Below are positions 1-14,261 of a stretch of 64,000 bases of DNA, in pieces. The position numbers and the translations under genes were made by a program. The stretch is from the human T2T-CHM13v2.0 reference genome, Homo sapiens. The stretch lies in assembly GCF_009914755.1 (NCBI RefSeq), contig NC_060926.1, one strand, 5' to 3'. The notes beneath the pieces were generated by a model. It was not told where the DNA came from and made no database searches. It saw only the letters and a program-made list of their open reading frames with translations. Positions within the stretch are counted from its first letter, which is position 1. The number at the start of each line of letters is the position of its first letter.

Positions 1-439
1 AACACTCAAAGGCTGGTGATCCTGGTGGGCCATTGATTCTCCTCCAGGCATTCAGGCCACTCTCATCCAATGGCTACACCACTTGTCCTCTGCATACAGC
101 TAGCAGGAAGAACATCTAGGAAAGTCTCCTGATTTCTTACTATTCCCATCCCAGAGTGACTATTCCTTGATACCCGAAGCAGAAAGTTGTCCTAGTTTAT
201 GTTCTTCAAGAGTTGTGAGATTTTTTTAAAGAACTTCATTTTAATTGAAAATGTTAAAACTGTTATCTTTAGAAAACAAAACTCAATAACCACAATTTAA
301 AAATTTCCACATATATGTACTGTTCTTAATAAATAAACAAAATATCTATGGGTTATGTGATGCTTTCATAATCATTCAAGACAAGCAGACCATAGCCTTT
401 CTTTTAATTATGAAAGTTAAACAATTTTTGCATTTATAC

Positions 440-1175
440 GTCTTCTCACCTCCACTCAGTCCACCTATTGTTAGTATCACCCATGAATGTGGTACCTTTG
501 TTACAACTGATGAACCAATATTGATATGTTATTATTAACTAAATACCATAGCTTACCTTGGCATTTACTCTTTGTGTTGTACAGCACTATGAGTTTTGAC
601 AAATGGACAATGTCATTTATCCACTCTTAAAGTAACATACAGAGTAATTTCATGGCCTTAAAAACCCTCTGTGCTCTGCCTTTTCATCCCTCCCTTTTCC
701 CCAATTCCTGACAACCACTAATCCTTTTACTGTCTCCATAGTTTTCTCTTTTCCGGTATGCCCTATAGTTGGAATAATACAGTATATATCCTTTTTAGAC
801 TGGCTGCTTTTACTATAAAATATGTATTTACGTATCTTCCATGTCTTTTCACAGCTTGATAGCTCATTGTTTTGTTGTTGGTGATCTATATTCCACAGAA
901 TGGAGGTAGCAGTTTGTTTGTTCATCTGCCTACTGAGGTATATTTGGTGACTTTCCATTTCTGACAATTATGAATAAAGCTACAATAAACATCCATGTGC
1001 AAGTTTTTGTGTGGACATAAATTTTTAACTCATTTGAGTTAATACCTAGGAGTTGATTGTTTTGAAAAGTGACTGTACCATTTTGTATTCCCACTAGCAA
1101 TGAATGAGAAGTCCTGTTGCTCCACATCTTTACCAGAATTTGATATTGTCTGTTTTCTTGGATTTTAGCTGTTGT
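440..1175 (-). mobile_element. Ancient L1M (L1MC/L1MD-type) 3' region, part 1
   Basis: Typical antisense L1M 3'UTR text (GTTACAACTGATGAACCAATATTGATA, GACAACCACTAATCCTTTTACTGTCTCCATAG, ATGAATAAAGCTACAATAAACATCCATGTGCAAGTTTTTGTGTGGACATA). Interrupted by the L1PA at 1194. Confidence 0.8.
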
Positions 1176-1193
1176 AAAAAATGGTAGTAATTA

Positions 1194-2490
1194 AGGCTAC
1201 AGTTACCAAAGCAGCACAGCACTGGTACAAAAACAGACACATAAACCAATGGAAGAGATTAGAGAACTCAGAAATAAGACTGCACACCTACAGCCATCTG
1301 ACCTTCGAAAACCTGACACAAATAAGCCATGGAGAAAGGATTCCCTATGTAATAAATGGTGCTGGAAGAACTGGCTAGCAATATGCAGAAAAATGAAATT
1401 GGACCCCTTCTTCACACCTTATACAAAAATTAACTCAAGATGGATTAAAGACTTAAATGTAAAACCCCAAACCATAAAAACCCTAGAAGAAAATCTAGGC
1501 AATACCATTCACAACATAGGCATGAGCAAAGATTTCATGATGAAAATGCCAAAAGCAACTGCAACAAAAGCAAAAATTAACAAATGGGATCTAATTAAAC
1601 TAAAGAGCTTCTGCAAAAGAAACTATCATCAAAGTGAACAGACAACCTACAGAATGGGAGAAAATTTTTGCAATCTATTCATCTGGCAAAGGTCTAATAT
1701 CCAGAGTCTACAAGGAACTTAAATTTACAAGATAAAAACAAATAGCCCCATTAAAAAGTGAGCAAAGGACACGAACAGACACTTCTCAAGTCAAGAAACA
1801 ACAGGTGCGAGAAAGGTTGTGGAGAAAAAGGAATGCTTATACACTGTTCATGGGAGTGTAAATTTGTTCAACCATTGCAGAAGATAGTGTGGGGATTCCT
1901 CAAAGATCTAGAAGCAGAAATACCATTTAATCCAGTAATCTCATTACTGGGTATATACCCAAAGGAATATAAATCGTTCTATTATAAAGAAACATGCATA
2001 CGTATGTTCATTGCAGCACTATTCACGATAGCATAGACATGGAATCAACCCAAATACCCTTCAATGATAGAATGGATAAAGAAAATATGGTACACATACA
2101 CCATGGAATACTATGCAGGTTTAAAAAGGAATGACATCATGTCCTTTTCAGGGACATGGATGGAGCTGGAAGCCATTATCCTCAGCAAACTAATGCAGGA
2201 ACAGACAACCAAACACCGAATGTTATCACTTATAAGTGGGAGTTGAACGATGAGAACACATGTACACATGGGTGGGAACAGCACACACTGTGGCCTGTCA
2301 TGGGAGGGGGTGAGGGTAGGGAGAGCATCAGGAAGAATAGCTAATGAATGCTGGGCTTAATACCTAGGTGATGGGTTGATCTGTGTGTGCATCATGGCTT
2401 CTGTGCATCATGGCACACGTTTACCTCTGTAACAAACCTGTGCATACTGCACATGTACCCTGGAACTTAAAATAAAATTTGAAGAAAAAA
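1194..2490 (+). mobile_element. 5'-truncated older primate L1 (approx. L1PA10-13): ORF2 C-terminal remnant plus 3'UTR
   Basis: ORFs 1249-1722, 1758-2036 and 2064-2246 give ORF2p C-terminal peptides ([37 protein letters not shown]; CCHC knuckle CEKGCGEKGMLIHCSWEC; WMELEAIILSKL) broken by frameshifts. G-rich 3'UTR, AATAAA and A tail follow. TSD AAAAAATGG(G)TAGTAATTA at 1176-1193 and ~2487-2505. Confidence 0.95.
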
Positions 2491-2505
2491 AATGGGTAGT
2501 AATTA

Positions 2506-2955
2506 TTTTAATTTGCAATTATCTAATAATATATAATATTGAACATAGTTTTATATGTTTATTTGCCATCAGTATATCTTCTCTGATGGTGTGTCTATTC
2601 AGATATTTGCTGATCTTTTAAATTGGGTTATTTTCTTACTGTTAAGTTTTAATAGTTCTCCATATACTATGGATACAGGTTCTTTATCAGATACACATTT
2701 TATAAATATTTTCTCCTGAGTCATGGTTTCTGTTTTCATTTTCTTAAAGCAGAAGTTTTTACTTTTTTTCCTCCCTCCACCCAACCGTATTTTACTTTTA
2801 GTTGAATCCTACTTACTGATTTTTTTTCTTTCATAGATTATGTGTTTGGTGTCATACCTAAAAAGTCACCACCAAACCAATGGTCGTTAGATTTTTTTTC
2901 TCTATTATCTTCTAGAAGTCTTATAGTTTTGAGTTTCACATTTAGTTCTATCCAT
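2506..2955 (-). mobile_element. Ancient L1M, continuation after the L1PA insertion
   Basis: Antisense L1 ORF2 3' text (TTTATTTGCCATCAGTATATCTTC, GATACAGGTTCTTTATCAGATAC, TCTTCTAGAAGTCTTATAGTTTT) resumes right after the second TSD. Confidence 0.8.
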
Positions 2956-3011
2956 TTCTGGCCACTGGTGTATTTTGATTTTGGAATTTGTTTAGTTCAG
3001 GAATTAGCAAC

Positions 3012-3195
3012 TGTGTCAGTGCCCCTCAGTGGATATTTTGTGACATTACGATGTCATAGCTGGGAGTGAAGTGCTACTGACATCCGAAGTAGAGGTTAGG
3101 AATGCTGCTAAGCATCCTGCAATGTACGGAGCAGTCCCTCACATAAAAGGGTTATCTGGCCCACATATCAACAATGCCCAGGAAGAAGAACCCTG
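3012..3195 (+). mobile_element. MER20 (hAT-Charlie) DNA transposon fragment
   Basis: GTGCTACTGACATC...GTAGAGGTTAGGAATGCTGCTAAGCATCCTGCAATGTACGG...TTATCTGGCCC...GAAGAACCCTG matches the recalled MER20 consensus. Confidence 0.8.
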
Positions 3196-3593
3196 GTCTA
3201 GTGCATACTGCATAGCATTGCAGTGAGATATACATTCTCTGTTTTATGTATTACTCCACTAATTTTTTTAAGGAAAACATTCACTTTGCACTTATCCTTG
3301 TATCATACAGCTCCCCACGCATAGAGCCTTATAATTTGTAAAAATTTAGTAAATGGTTATTGAAAATTAATGTATATTTTTAGCCTTGAAGCAATTAAGT
3401 TACCACAATGGAAGATACAGATTAAATAAACTCATGAAACTGTGAAGACATTTCCAATTTAAATAATGCATTTTGCTGTCTTTAAATTAACTGATCACTA
3501 CTAAATATCACAACATAATTTGAAGAAAATGTAAGCTGTGCTGATGGCAGATTGTAAAAACCCTATGATTTATAGTATAAGAATTATACATCT

Positions 3594-4085
3594 TAGACTT
3601 CTGGTTTAACCTGCTACATATAAAGAGCATGGGAGTTGTCAATCCTGCCCTTGAAGAACAAAACCTAAACAAACTGAAAATTAACAACTTTTTTGAGCCC
3701 ATCAGAGAACTGAGGTTTCAAGGCAAACTATCACCCCCAAAATCAGCAGGAACAGATGAATCTAGAGAGTGGTAGCTGACATCTGCTTACCTGGAGCAGA
3801 AGCAAATGGAGCTATAAACTTCTAGGAATACTAAAATGGTAATTTTGTCTAACTACTGGAGCCTGTGTGTGGACTGGCATGAGGGCAAGAAACTTGGGGG
3901 GCTACAGTCTTAGGGAGCATTCCATGCTTTTTTGCATTTTACTTCCAGCGAATCCACCAGGTTTTCACAATACAGAGTTAAAAATTCCTTCCTCTCTCTC
4001 CCAGGGTAGGGGAGGAACACACACTGTGAAAGAAAACCAGGATTCTCCAAAAGACAGTCCTACTCTCTAGGGGAAAGACATTACC
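3594..4085 (+). mobile_element. Ancient L1M 5'-end fragment
   Basis: GACTTCTGGTT...AAACAAACTGAAAATTAACAACTTTTTTGAGCCCATCAGAGAACTGAGG. Homologous to the reverse complement of 9070-9200. Confidence 0.6.
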
Positions 4086-4686
4086 AGCTCCAATAATATA
4101 TGGTGTCCTTGAGATTATATGTTGGTTACTGTTATTTAAAGAGTCAAAATTATTGATTTTTTTAAAAGAACCAGCTTTATGTTTCATTAATTTGCTCTGT
4201 TTCTTGTTTTCAACTAAATTAATTTTTCCTCTAATGTTTATATTTATTTTCTTCTGCTTACTTTATATTTAATTTACTCTCCTTTTCCTAGTTCCTAAAG
4301 TGGAAGCTGAGATTATTATTTTTTGAACTTTCTCTTTTTCTAATACACACATTAACACTATAAAGTTTCCTCTAAACACTGCTTATGCTGCATCCCACAA
4401 ATGTTGAAAAGTTGTATTTTCATTTTCATTTAGTTCAATTTTTTTTAATTTTTATTGAAAGTTCTTGTTAACACGTGTTATTTAGAAGTGTCTTGTTTAA
4501 TTTCAACATATGTTCGGATTTTCCTGTTATCTTTCTGTTACTAATTTCCAGTTTAATCCCATCATGATCTGAGAGTATACTTAGTAAGATTTGGAATTTT
4601 TTAATTTGTTAAGGCATGTTTTATGGCACAGAATGAGATCTATCTTGGTGGATGACCCATGTGAGCTAGTGAAGAAAGTGAATTAA

Positions 4687-4911
<225 letters not shown>

Positions 4912-5439
4912 TTATGCTGTTGTTGAATTAAATATTTTATAAATTTCAATTCACTCAAGATGACTTATGGTGCTGTTCCCTTCAAATATGTCCTTAGTGG
5001 ATCTGTCAATTACTGATGGAGGGTGTTGAAATCTTCAATTATAAGAGGAGATTTGTCTATTTCTCCTTGATGTTCATTTTTGCTTCACATATTTTGACAG
5101 ATTGTTCTTCAGTATATACATATAAGGGTTGTTATGCATGCTTGGAGAATTAACCCCTCATTATTATGTAATGTTCCTCTTTAATCTTTGATATTTTTTC
5201 TTAAGTCAGTTTAATCTGAAATTAATAGTTACTTTAGTGTTTTTTATGATTAGTGTTAGCACAGTTATTTTCCCATATTACTTTATTTACAACTTATCAA
5301 AATCTTTCCATTTGACATAGATTTCTTGTTAGACAACATACAGTTGCATCTTTGTTTTTCTCCTATTCTGATAGTCTCTGTCATAATTGGCATATTTAGG
5401 CTATTCATGTTTAATGTGATAATTGCTATTGTTGGATGA

Positions 5440-5837
<398 letters not shown>

Positions 5838-6300
5838 TTTAATTGAGAATTTTGTGTGATTCCACTTTCTTTCCTCTCTTAGCATATCAATTATACTCAT
5901 TTACTCTTTTTAGTGGCTATCTTATAGTTTGCAATATACATTTACAACAAATTTAAGTCTGCATTCAAATAACACTATACTTCTTCAAAGGAGTGCAAGT
6001 ACTTAAACGAGTGTCTCAATTTCCCTCTCCTGTTCTTTATAAAATTGCTGTTATTCATCTCACTTATCAATAAGCTAAAATCACAGAATATATCACTCCC
6101 ATTATTTTGAACAAACTATTATCTGATAGATTAAGAATAAACTATTTTATTTTACTTTATTCTTCTAAAACTCTTCCTTTCATTATGTAAATCTGAGTTT
6201 CTAATCAATGTATATTTTCTTCTCTTTGAAGAAATCCTTTTAACATTTCTTGCAAGGTAGCTCTATTGATGCCAAATTCCCTCAATGTTTTATGTATTCT

Positions 6301-6607
<307 letters not shown>

Positions 6608-7571
6608 AATGTTTCCTTTTTCTACATTTTTGAGAACACTTTTTATTTCTCCTGTATTCCTTCCACACCCGTGACAGCTTATTTCAAGGTTTTCTCTTTG
6701 TCTTTGATTTTTTTGCAATTTGAATACAATACAGTAGGTGCTTTTTTTTTTTTTTTTGCTTTTTTGATTTGGGGTCATTTCGGATGTTTATCCTGTTTGA
6801 TATTCTCTGAGATTCCTGTATTTTGTGTCTGTCATTAATTTTGGAAAACATTGCAGAGTGATAATTTCAATTTTTTTTGTTTTTTTTTTCTCTCCCTTCT
6901 TTTTCTACCATTCCCATTATACATATGTTATACCTTTTGAGATTATCCCACAATTCTTGAATGTCCTGGTTTTTTGTTCTGGGTTTTATTTTTCATTCTT
7001 TTTGTCTTTGCATTTAATTTCACAAAGTTTTTATTGACATATCATCAAGCTCACTGATTATTGCCTTTGCTATTTTCAGTCTCCAAATGAGCCCATCACA
7101 GGCATTTGTCATGCCTGTGATACAGTGTTTTTTATTAGTAGGATTTCCTTTTGATTCTTTCTTAGAGTTTTCATCTCTCTGTTTATATTAATGATATGCT
7201 TTTGCATGTCATCCACTTTTCCCATTCTGGGCGTTAGCATATTAGTCATATTTAAATTGAAATTATTTTAAATTATTGGTCTAATAATTGTAGTATCTCT
7301 GCCATATCTAAGTCTGGTTCTTATCCTTGCTGCGTCTCTTCAAATTGTGTTTTCCTATTGTATGCCTCGTGATTTTTGTGTTGAAAGACAGACATGTTGT
7401 AATGGGTAATGGAAACAGGTAAAAAGGTCTTTAACATGAGATTTTATGTTTCTTGGGCCACGAGTTAGACAGTGTTTACTGTTTGCTGTTGCTGTGGATA
7501 TCAGAGGCTAAAATTCTTCTGGTGTCCTTGTTTTTTCTTCCCTCTTGTCTTTGAGTTTCCCTAGACACTTC

Positions 7572-8185
7572 TGAAGTGATGTCGTTCATCTGGAGTAGTA
7601 CCTGAGGTTCATTGTCTCACATCAAGGAAATCAAGGACATGGACACACAAGGAGTGAGGTTAAGAGTAGAGATTTAACAGATGAAAGACAGAGAAAGGTT
7701 ATCTCTCCTGCAGAGAGGGGCTCCTGAGTGGGTCTTCCGCTTCCATGGTGAAATGCACAGGGTTTTATAGATGAGTTTGAGGAGGCAGTGTCTGATTTGC
7801 ATAGGGCACAGAGAATTGCTTGGACAAGGTGTGCCATTTATATAACACGCAAAGAAGCCTGCCATCCCACCCTAGTATTTTATATGCAGATGGGGTCCCT
7901 ATCTGGCCAGCACCATGTTGCCTGCTTCTTTACTGTACATGTGGCAACATAGAAAACGGAAGAGAAAGCCTCTATGTTGAACACAGCTGGCCCCCAGGTA
8001 GCCTTTTCCTAATGGCACACCTGCTGGCATTCACCAGTGCAAGCTTCCAGCTTGCTTACCTATGTCTGCAGCTCAAATTTATATGCTGCAATTTGGGGGC
8101 TGCTCTTCATTAAAAGGGAAGCCTTACCAATGACTCTCTTACCCTCATTAACTGCCCAAATAATTTCATTTTAACTCCTGTATCA
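7572..8185 (-). mobile_element. ERV1 solo LTR (LTR9/MER61-like), 614 bp
   Basis: TG...CA termini; exact 4-bp TSD CTTC (7568-7571 and 8186-8189). Minus strand starts TGATACAGGAGTTAAAATGAAATTATTTGGGCAGTTAATGAGGGTAAGAGAGTC; TATAAAA on minus at 7763-7769. Confidence 0.9.
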
Positions 8186-8189
8186 CTTC

Positions 8190-9205
8190 ATCTTAAATAA
8201 GGTCTGAGATGTGCAGTTTTGTGCAATGTAATGCCCAGTCACAGAGGCCTTGTTGAGGTAGTAATAAGCTGTGAGAGGAAGGCATAGCATTCTGTGGGCC
8301 TGTAATTTGCTCTCAGGCTTTTACTGAGTCTTTGTCCTTGGGCTGTGACCTTCCCAAGTGCTTCTCAGTCCCTTCCCCACCCTAGATGAAATAGAAAGGC
8401 TAGACGGGTCTGGAATTGGGTAATCCCCTCTTCCAGGTTGGTTAGGCACTGGTAAAATCCAAGTCAGTTAAACTGTAGATAAAGAACTCGTCTTGAAAGT
8501 ATGCTTTTGCAAAGGAGAGCAGAATACTTGGGGCATATTTTTAAATGGTTAGTTTTTCCTTCCCCTTACCAAAAGCATAAAGGCATTTTCTCTTGTCTTC
8601 ACCCTGAGAACCTGGTAGACATTTTGCTTTCCCACACCAGAATCTAGAGTGAGCTGGAGTTGAGTATTTCTTTCTTCCTAGGTTAGTTAGGCTCTGGTAA
8701 AACCCCAGTCTATTAGGCTTTGGTGAAATAGTTTCTTTTGATAGCAGGCCATGGTAAGAACTGAATGCTCTTGGCATATTTAAAAATGGCTATCCCCAAT
8801 CCCACTCTTATCTTCACAAAGGTATTTTTCTCCAGTCTGCACTGTGAGAATCTGGTAGGGCTCTTGGAGATAAAACTCAGGAAAGAGAGTTTAAGGAATC
8901 TCCTTAAGACTGGCACCTCTGGAGGTTTGAACCCTCAGGCTTGTCCACCTGAATTGCCTTTAGCAATTCATTAATTATACTTTAAATTTTCCTTCCTTTG
9001 TACTGTCTCCAGCATCTGGCTTCTGCTCCAGTGAGCTGAGGTTCTCTGTAATCACCTGTTGCTCCAATCGTGGGGGCAATAGTCTCTCTTGTGACCTCAA
9101 TTCTATGATGGACCTAAGAAAAGTTGATAATTTGTAGTTTGCTCAGCTTTTTCTGTTGTGAGGACAGGAATGATGATTTCCAAGCTTCTACGTCAGACTC
9201 AAAAT
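8190..9205 (-). mobile_element. Ancient L1M 5'UTR, continuation of the 4155-7567 element
   Basis: Resumes after the LTR TSD and ends in a 5'-end motif homologous to 3594-3740. Confidence 0.65.
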
Positions 9206-9481
9206 GAATTCTTTATTTATTACTTGCTTTTCTACCTGCATACTACCATATAATACCAAATATGAATAACATTCATAATATGAATAATATTCATATTAAA
9301 TATTAGAAAAGGTGGTTGTAAAGATACCATTCTTCATACAGATTACTAATTCCTTAATGTTGAGAAAGCCTGAGCAGCTTATGTCAAGCAGAAATATGTA
9401 TCATTAATTTTTCATGGTTAAAATTATTGATTCACCTTTGTAAGCATTTCTCTGGCATGAAATACTTTAAAAAGTAATGCA

Positions 9482-9812
<331 letters not shown>

Positions 9813-10734
9813 TCAATATACAATTACATTGTTGTTGTTGTTTTAAAATTTCATTTATGTTTCATATTCTCTCTCTTTTGTTGTGGATCCCTGGACCTCT
9901 TGTGTCTTCTCATTCAGAATTTTTACCATGGTCTTACCAATGCTTTGTGAGTTCACTAATCCATGAAACAGAGCCTAGGCCTGTGCAAACTGAAACTACA
10001 TGAGATTTGCATTACCCTAAATGTTGTAAGTTTACTCTCCAATTTGTAGGAGAGGTCAAGTTTTGTTTTTTAAGTAATATAACTGCTTTTTAAGATTATT
10101 TCTTCCAGTGAATGTCTGTTTGATATTTCAATTCTTAAGATGTTCTAATATTTATATTTTAAGTTAAACATCATTTCATTTTTCCTAGAATATATATATA
10201 ACCTCACCAAAATCTACTTTGCCATTGAGGTCACAAATAAAATGCTAATGCCTCCCAGCTTGGATATCATCTGAAAATTAATTATTAAAGCTTTTTATTT
10301 ATTCTCCAAATTTGGTTAAAAGGCAAAGCTAAAGATATTTTGCTGTACAATAACCATAGACTTTGTGCTCCTCCAATATATGAAATACATATATATAAAA
10401 ATACATTTATATTTTTATATATAAACTCTATAAAATATAGATTAATAAAAGGAGGCCTTTTCTTAGGTCACTGAATCATGATTATAATCTTTCTCCATCC
10501 AGAAGCTCTGAGTTTCCACATCAGCTATAGATGATGTGTAAAGGACCAGGGATGAGAATAAGACAGCTATGTGATATTGACCACATCAGCCATGAACAAG
10601 GGCTCTTCTGGGGAAATGTTCACTCCACAGCCTTTACTGAAGGACTGCTTCTTTTGGTGTTATCATCTGTGGCTTATCAATAGAGAACACAGATCTTTAC
10701 ATAGGGAAAAGGGGCCCATTTATGGAGCCATGTT

Positions 10735-11130
10735 TCATTAATTTATGCATTCAGTTACTTCTTCACTCTGCTGAGTCCATGATATGACTCAGGCTATTCT
10801 ATTTCCTGGGGCTATAATGATGGATGGCAAGGACTGTCTTTAGTGAAGGAGTAGCTCAGAGACCCTGGAGGGTACATAAAAGTAAATACTTAGAAAAGAT
10901 GATAATCACTATGATGGGGGTAATCGCAGGAGGCTAGGGAACAACACAGTGGAAGAGTACAAATGAGACTGGAGCGAAGGGGAAAAATAGTGTTCACATA
11001 GGAGATGCATTTCAAGGTCACATATTGCAGACTGATGAAATAATATTGAGATGAGGAAGAGGACTGTATTCCAAGCAAAAACAGATCCACAGGCAAAGGA
11101 CTGAAGATTGCAAATAACCTGGTATGGCTT
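10735..11130 (-). mobile_element. L2 fragment
   Basis: Degenerate antisense L2 3' pattern ending GTATTCCAAGCAAAAACAGATCCACAGGCAAAGGACTGAAG. Confidence 0.5.
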
Positions 11131-12329
11131 GATTATGATTAGGGAATATAGAAAAGTGTGTTTGTGTTTTTAAAGTAGAAGAATTTGAACATACTTATAT
11201 ATGAATGTGGGAAATAGCAAAGGACAAGTGTTGTTAATAAATATGGAAGAATCCGATAGGATGGATGAAGGCTTTCCACAACTTAGAAACAAAGATTTAA
11301 CATGGACTTAAAGCGAGCAAACAGTTGTAAAATTATCTTGTCAAGTTCCACTAAGAAACACTTTACTATATTTTCAGCTAGTAATAAGAAAAACATTTTT
11401 CTAGATTTTCGGCTACATAAATAAGATTAGTAGAAAAAGTAACATTTTATCATGTACCACATTAAATATCTGCAAAATAATAAACCACATAATGCACTTA
11501 TGGCAAACCCATAGATTGTTTAATGCCTTTGACCATCAGGGCCTTGATTTCTAGCGTCAAAGAAAATAAGACAGTAGATATTACACAGGGTTGATGATTG
11601 GCAAGAAAGAAATAGTGGGAAGTTATGGAGAGGTGGTAAGATACCAGTGTTGAAGAGAGACAGGGACTACAATGAGCATGAGGCTTACGTGTAGCCCCAT
11701 GGAGGAAGAGAGCCAAATAAAATCAAACAGGGGTTAATGGGCTGGTACACTAGGATAGAACTGAGAAGAGGAAGACTGAGATGCAGATTTACTGAGAGCA
11801 AAATAATCAAAGGTAAAGTCAGAGAAGAGAATGTGGAAATTCAAGAATTTGAAGATAGAGTCATTTCAAAAGCTGCCAAAGATGGTAAAATTTAAGGTGG
11901 GTTCCCAAGGAAGTTTCCCTCAGTTACTGAGGAGGATGATTCAATGTCAGTGAAAATGTTATGGTTTTAAGATACGCAGCATACACACACACAAAGACAA
12001 CAAAATTTATTTGGCATAGCAGAAAACTCTTTGTGTCAATTTTCCACCTGTGCTTATCATGGGCTATTTCATAACCTTTTCTAGCCTTCAGGCTTTGTTA
12101 TTGAATTTCAGGTTTCTTGTTCTTTCATTAAAATGGTGCCTTCTCATATGATCTTCTGTGATTTTCACAAATGCTGGATCCTGAATTACAAAAGATAATA
12201 ATTAAATTTAAAAAATAAAATTAGAGGATCATACCTATTGTGTCTCATTTCACTGCTACGTGGATACTCTCTCCCCTTAATATTCACCCATCTTTACCTG
12301 TTTGTAACACCACACATGAACACTATCTC

Positions 12330-12575
12330 CACCTAAAAATCTTTCCTAAGCTCACACTCCTACCATAGCCGAATTATTTGCCTCTTCTCCTTGCTACTGT
12401 AGCAACCTATGCATACCTCTAGCAACCCAATGCATCATGCAACAATGTATTATGACTATCCTCTTATACAAAGATCTTTCCGAATGACTTCAAAACTTTG
12501 AGGTGAATGATATCTAATTCACCTTGTTTTCCCAGTACACAGCAGTTACTTGATAAATATTTGTAGAACTGAACT
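12330..12575 (+). mobile_element. L2 3' end
   Basis: TTCACCTTGTTTTCCCAGTACACAGCAGTTACTTGATAAATATTTGTAGAACTGAA resembles the L2 terminus. Confidence 0.55.
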
Positions 12576-12639
12576 CTCTTAATATATCCCCATGCTCTGC
12601 TTATATTTGTGGATTGTAATCTTTTTTCTACCAAAATTA

Positions 12640-12800
12640 TAGTAGCTAATATGTATTGATTGCTTACATACCAGGCACTCTGTATGTATCACCAAACATA
12701 GCAAATCTGTGTGTTACACATTATTCCCATTTTACTAATGAAAAAAATACAATTGTTTTCATATACCACTTAGAGTATTAAATTCCTTGCATATGATCAC
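12640..12800 (-). mobile_element. MIR fragment
   Basis: TAGCTAATATGTATTGATTGCTTACATACCAGGCACT...TTATTCCCATTTTACTAATGA. Confidence 0.6.
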
Positions 12801-13709
12801 AGGAATTCTCACTATAGAGCCACTTGATTGTATTTACTGACCATGATATGTCACCTGAGGGGTACCGCCACCAGTAACCATGGCTCACAAAAGGATAGTG
12901 ATTCTTTCTGGAAGCAGGAAGGCTGAGGTGTACCATCAAGGAAAATTATAAACATTTCAGTAAAAGGAAGATGTGCTTAAGTGAATATTGATCAGATAGA
13001 TGGCTTTGAAATCCACTGGATGTGGAGTGAAGACTTTTCCTTGTCTCCACACCGAGAATCACCATGTGTGCTGAGACTCATCTCTCCAGTGATCCAAAGA
13101 TGAAGTGTAGAAAAAACCTAGCTCAGAGTGTGCATTTCAGAAGAGTAATTTTACTGGGTGATGCTGGTAGAAGAAAAGCCTAGCAATCTTACTGGAAAAT
13201 GTATCAACCTCTCTTCTCATTTCCTGAGTTTACAAAAAATAATAAAACAGCCCTGGTAAGCAAATGTTTGGTGGATTTATGCCCTGAAGAAGAGGTTAGA
13301 CTTAGGATGTAAGTGGCAAGAGGCTGGGCCTATGGATTGAAAGATACTCACATGTGTGGCATCCAGAACTCATAACTGATCGTGTCCTATCTTTATAGGC
13401 AGAATGAGTAGGGTGAGATTGAGTTAAGTACCACAACTCTCAACCTGTTTAACAGCCACCTCGTCTTCACTCACAACAGAGGAAAGAGCCATATATTCCT
13501 GATTTAATTCTCCTTTCTTTACTGTGATGACTTTCTAAAGCAATTCTAAAACTGCACCAACAATAAGAAAAAAATCATTGAAAAAATAGAATATCAATTT
13601 AAGAAAAATAATTCCAGATTTATAGGTCAAGCAGAATTAAGGTGCCATATTGAACATTAATTAAGGGTATCTCTTCTTCCCCTAAAACACTAATAAATGG
13701 TGACAAAGG

Positions 13710-13741
13710 ACACACACATACACACAGAGAGAGAGAGAGAG
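13710..13741. repeat. (CA)n(GA)n microsatellite
   Basis: Directly visible. Confidence 0.85.
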
Positions 13742-14261
13742 CACAAAGGATGGAGGGTCATTAGGAGACAAGAAATGTTTAAAAAATACTATAGGAGATG
13801 AAGAACTGATGCAGAAGTGGTAGAGAAGCTACATGGGTAAAGGGAAGTGCCATTGGGAAAACTGTGCACATGTGACTTGGGCCTCCTTCCAGAATCTCAG
13901 AGAAGCTCTAAATTTAGAAAGGCCAAAGAAAACAGGACATGTTGTAAAATGTTCAAAACAAGGATAATATCTGAAAGCCTATCCCTCTACCATTTGTCTT
14001 TAAATTAGCTCAAGGAAGCTGAACGCTTTTCTCCAATCAAAAAGTGGGAGTCTCAAGGCATTCAAAAAGCTTTAAATGAGTGATACTGCTCACTCTCCCT
14101 GAAGATCCCTTTGTTCACTCTTCCTGAAGTAAAGATTACCCCATGTACTGTCTTCATATATACAGATCTCCTATACTATATTCTACTATCTCTCACACAC
14201 AAAAATAAGCTGCTTATTTCAGAGTGAAGGTGTTAGAATAAAAAAATTGCAAAGGAAGTCC

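Noticed and set aside
1181-2246. ORFs of 60-157 aa as protein-coding genes
   Set aside because: They are frameshifted fragments of L1 ORF2p in a 5'-truncated copy lacking promoter, endonuclease and RT.
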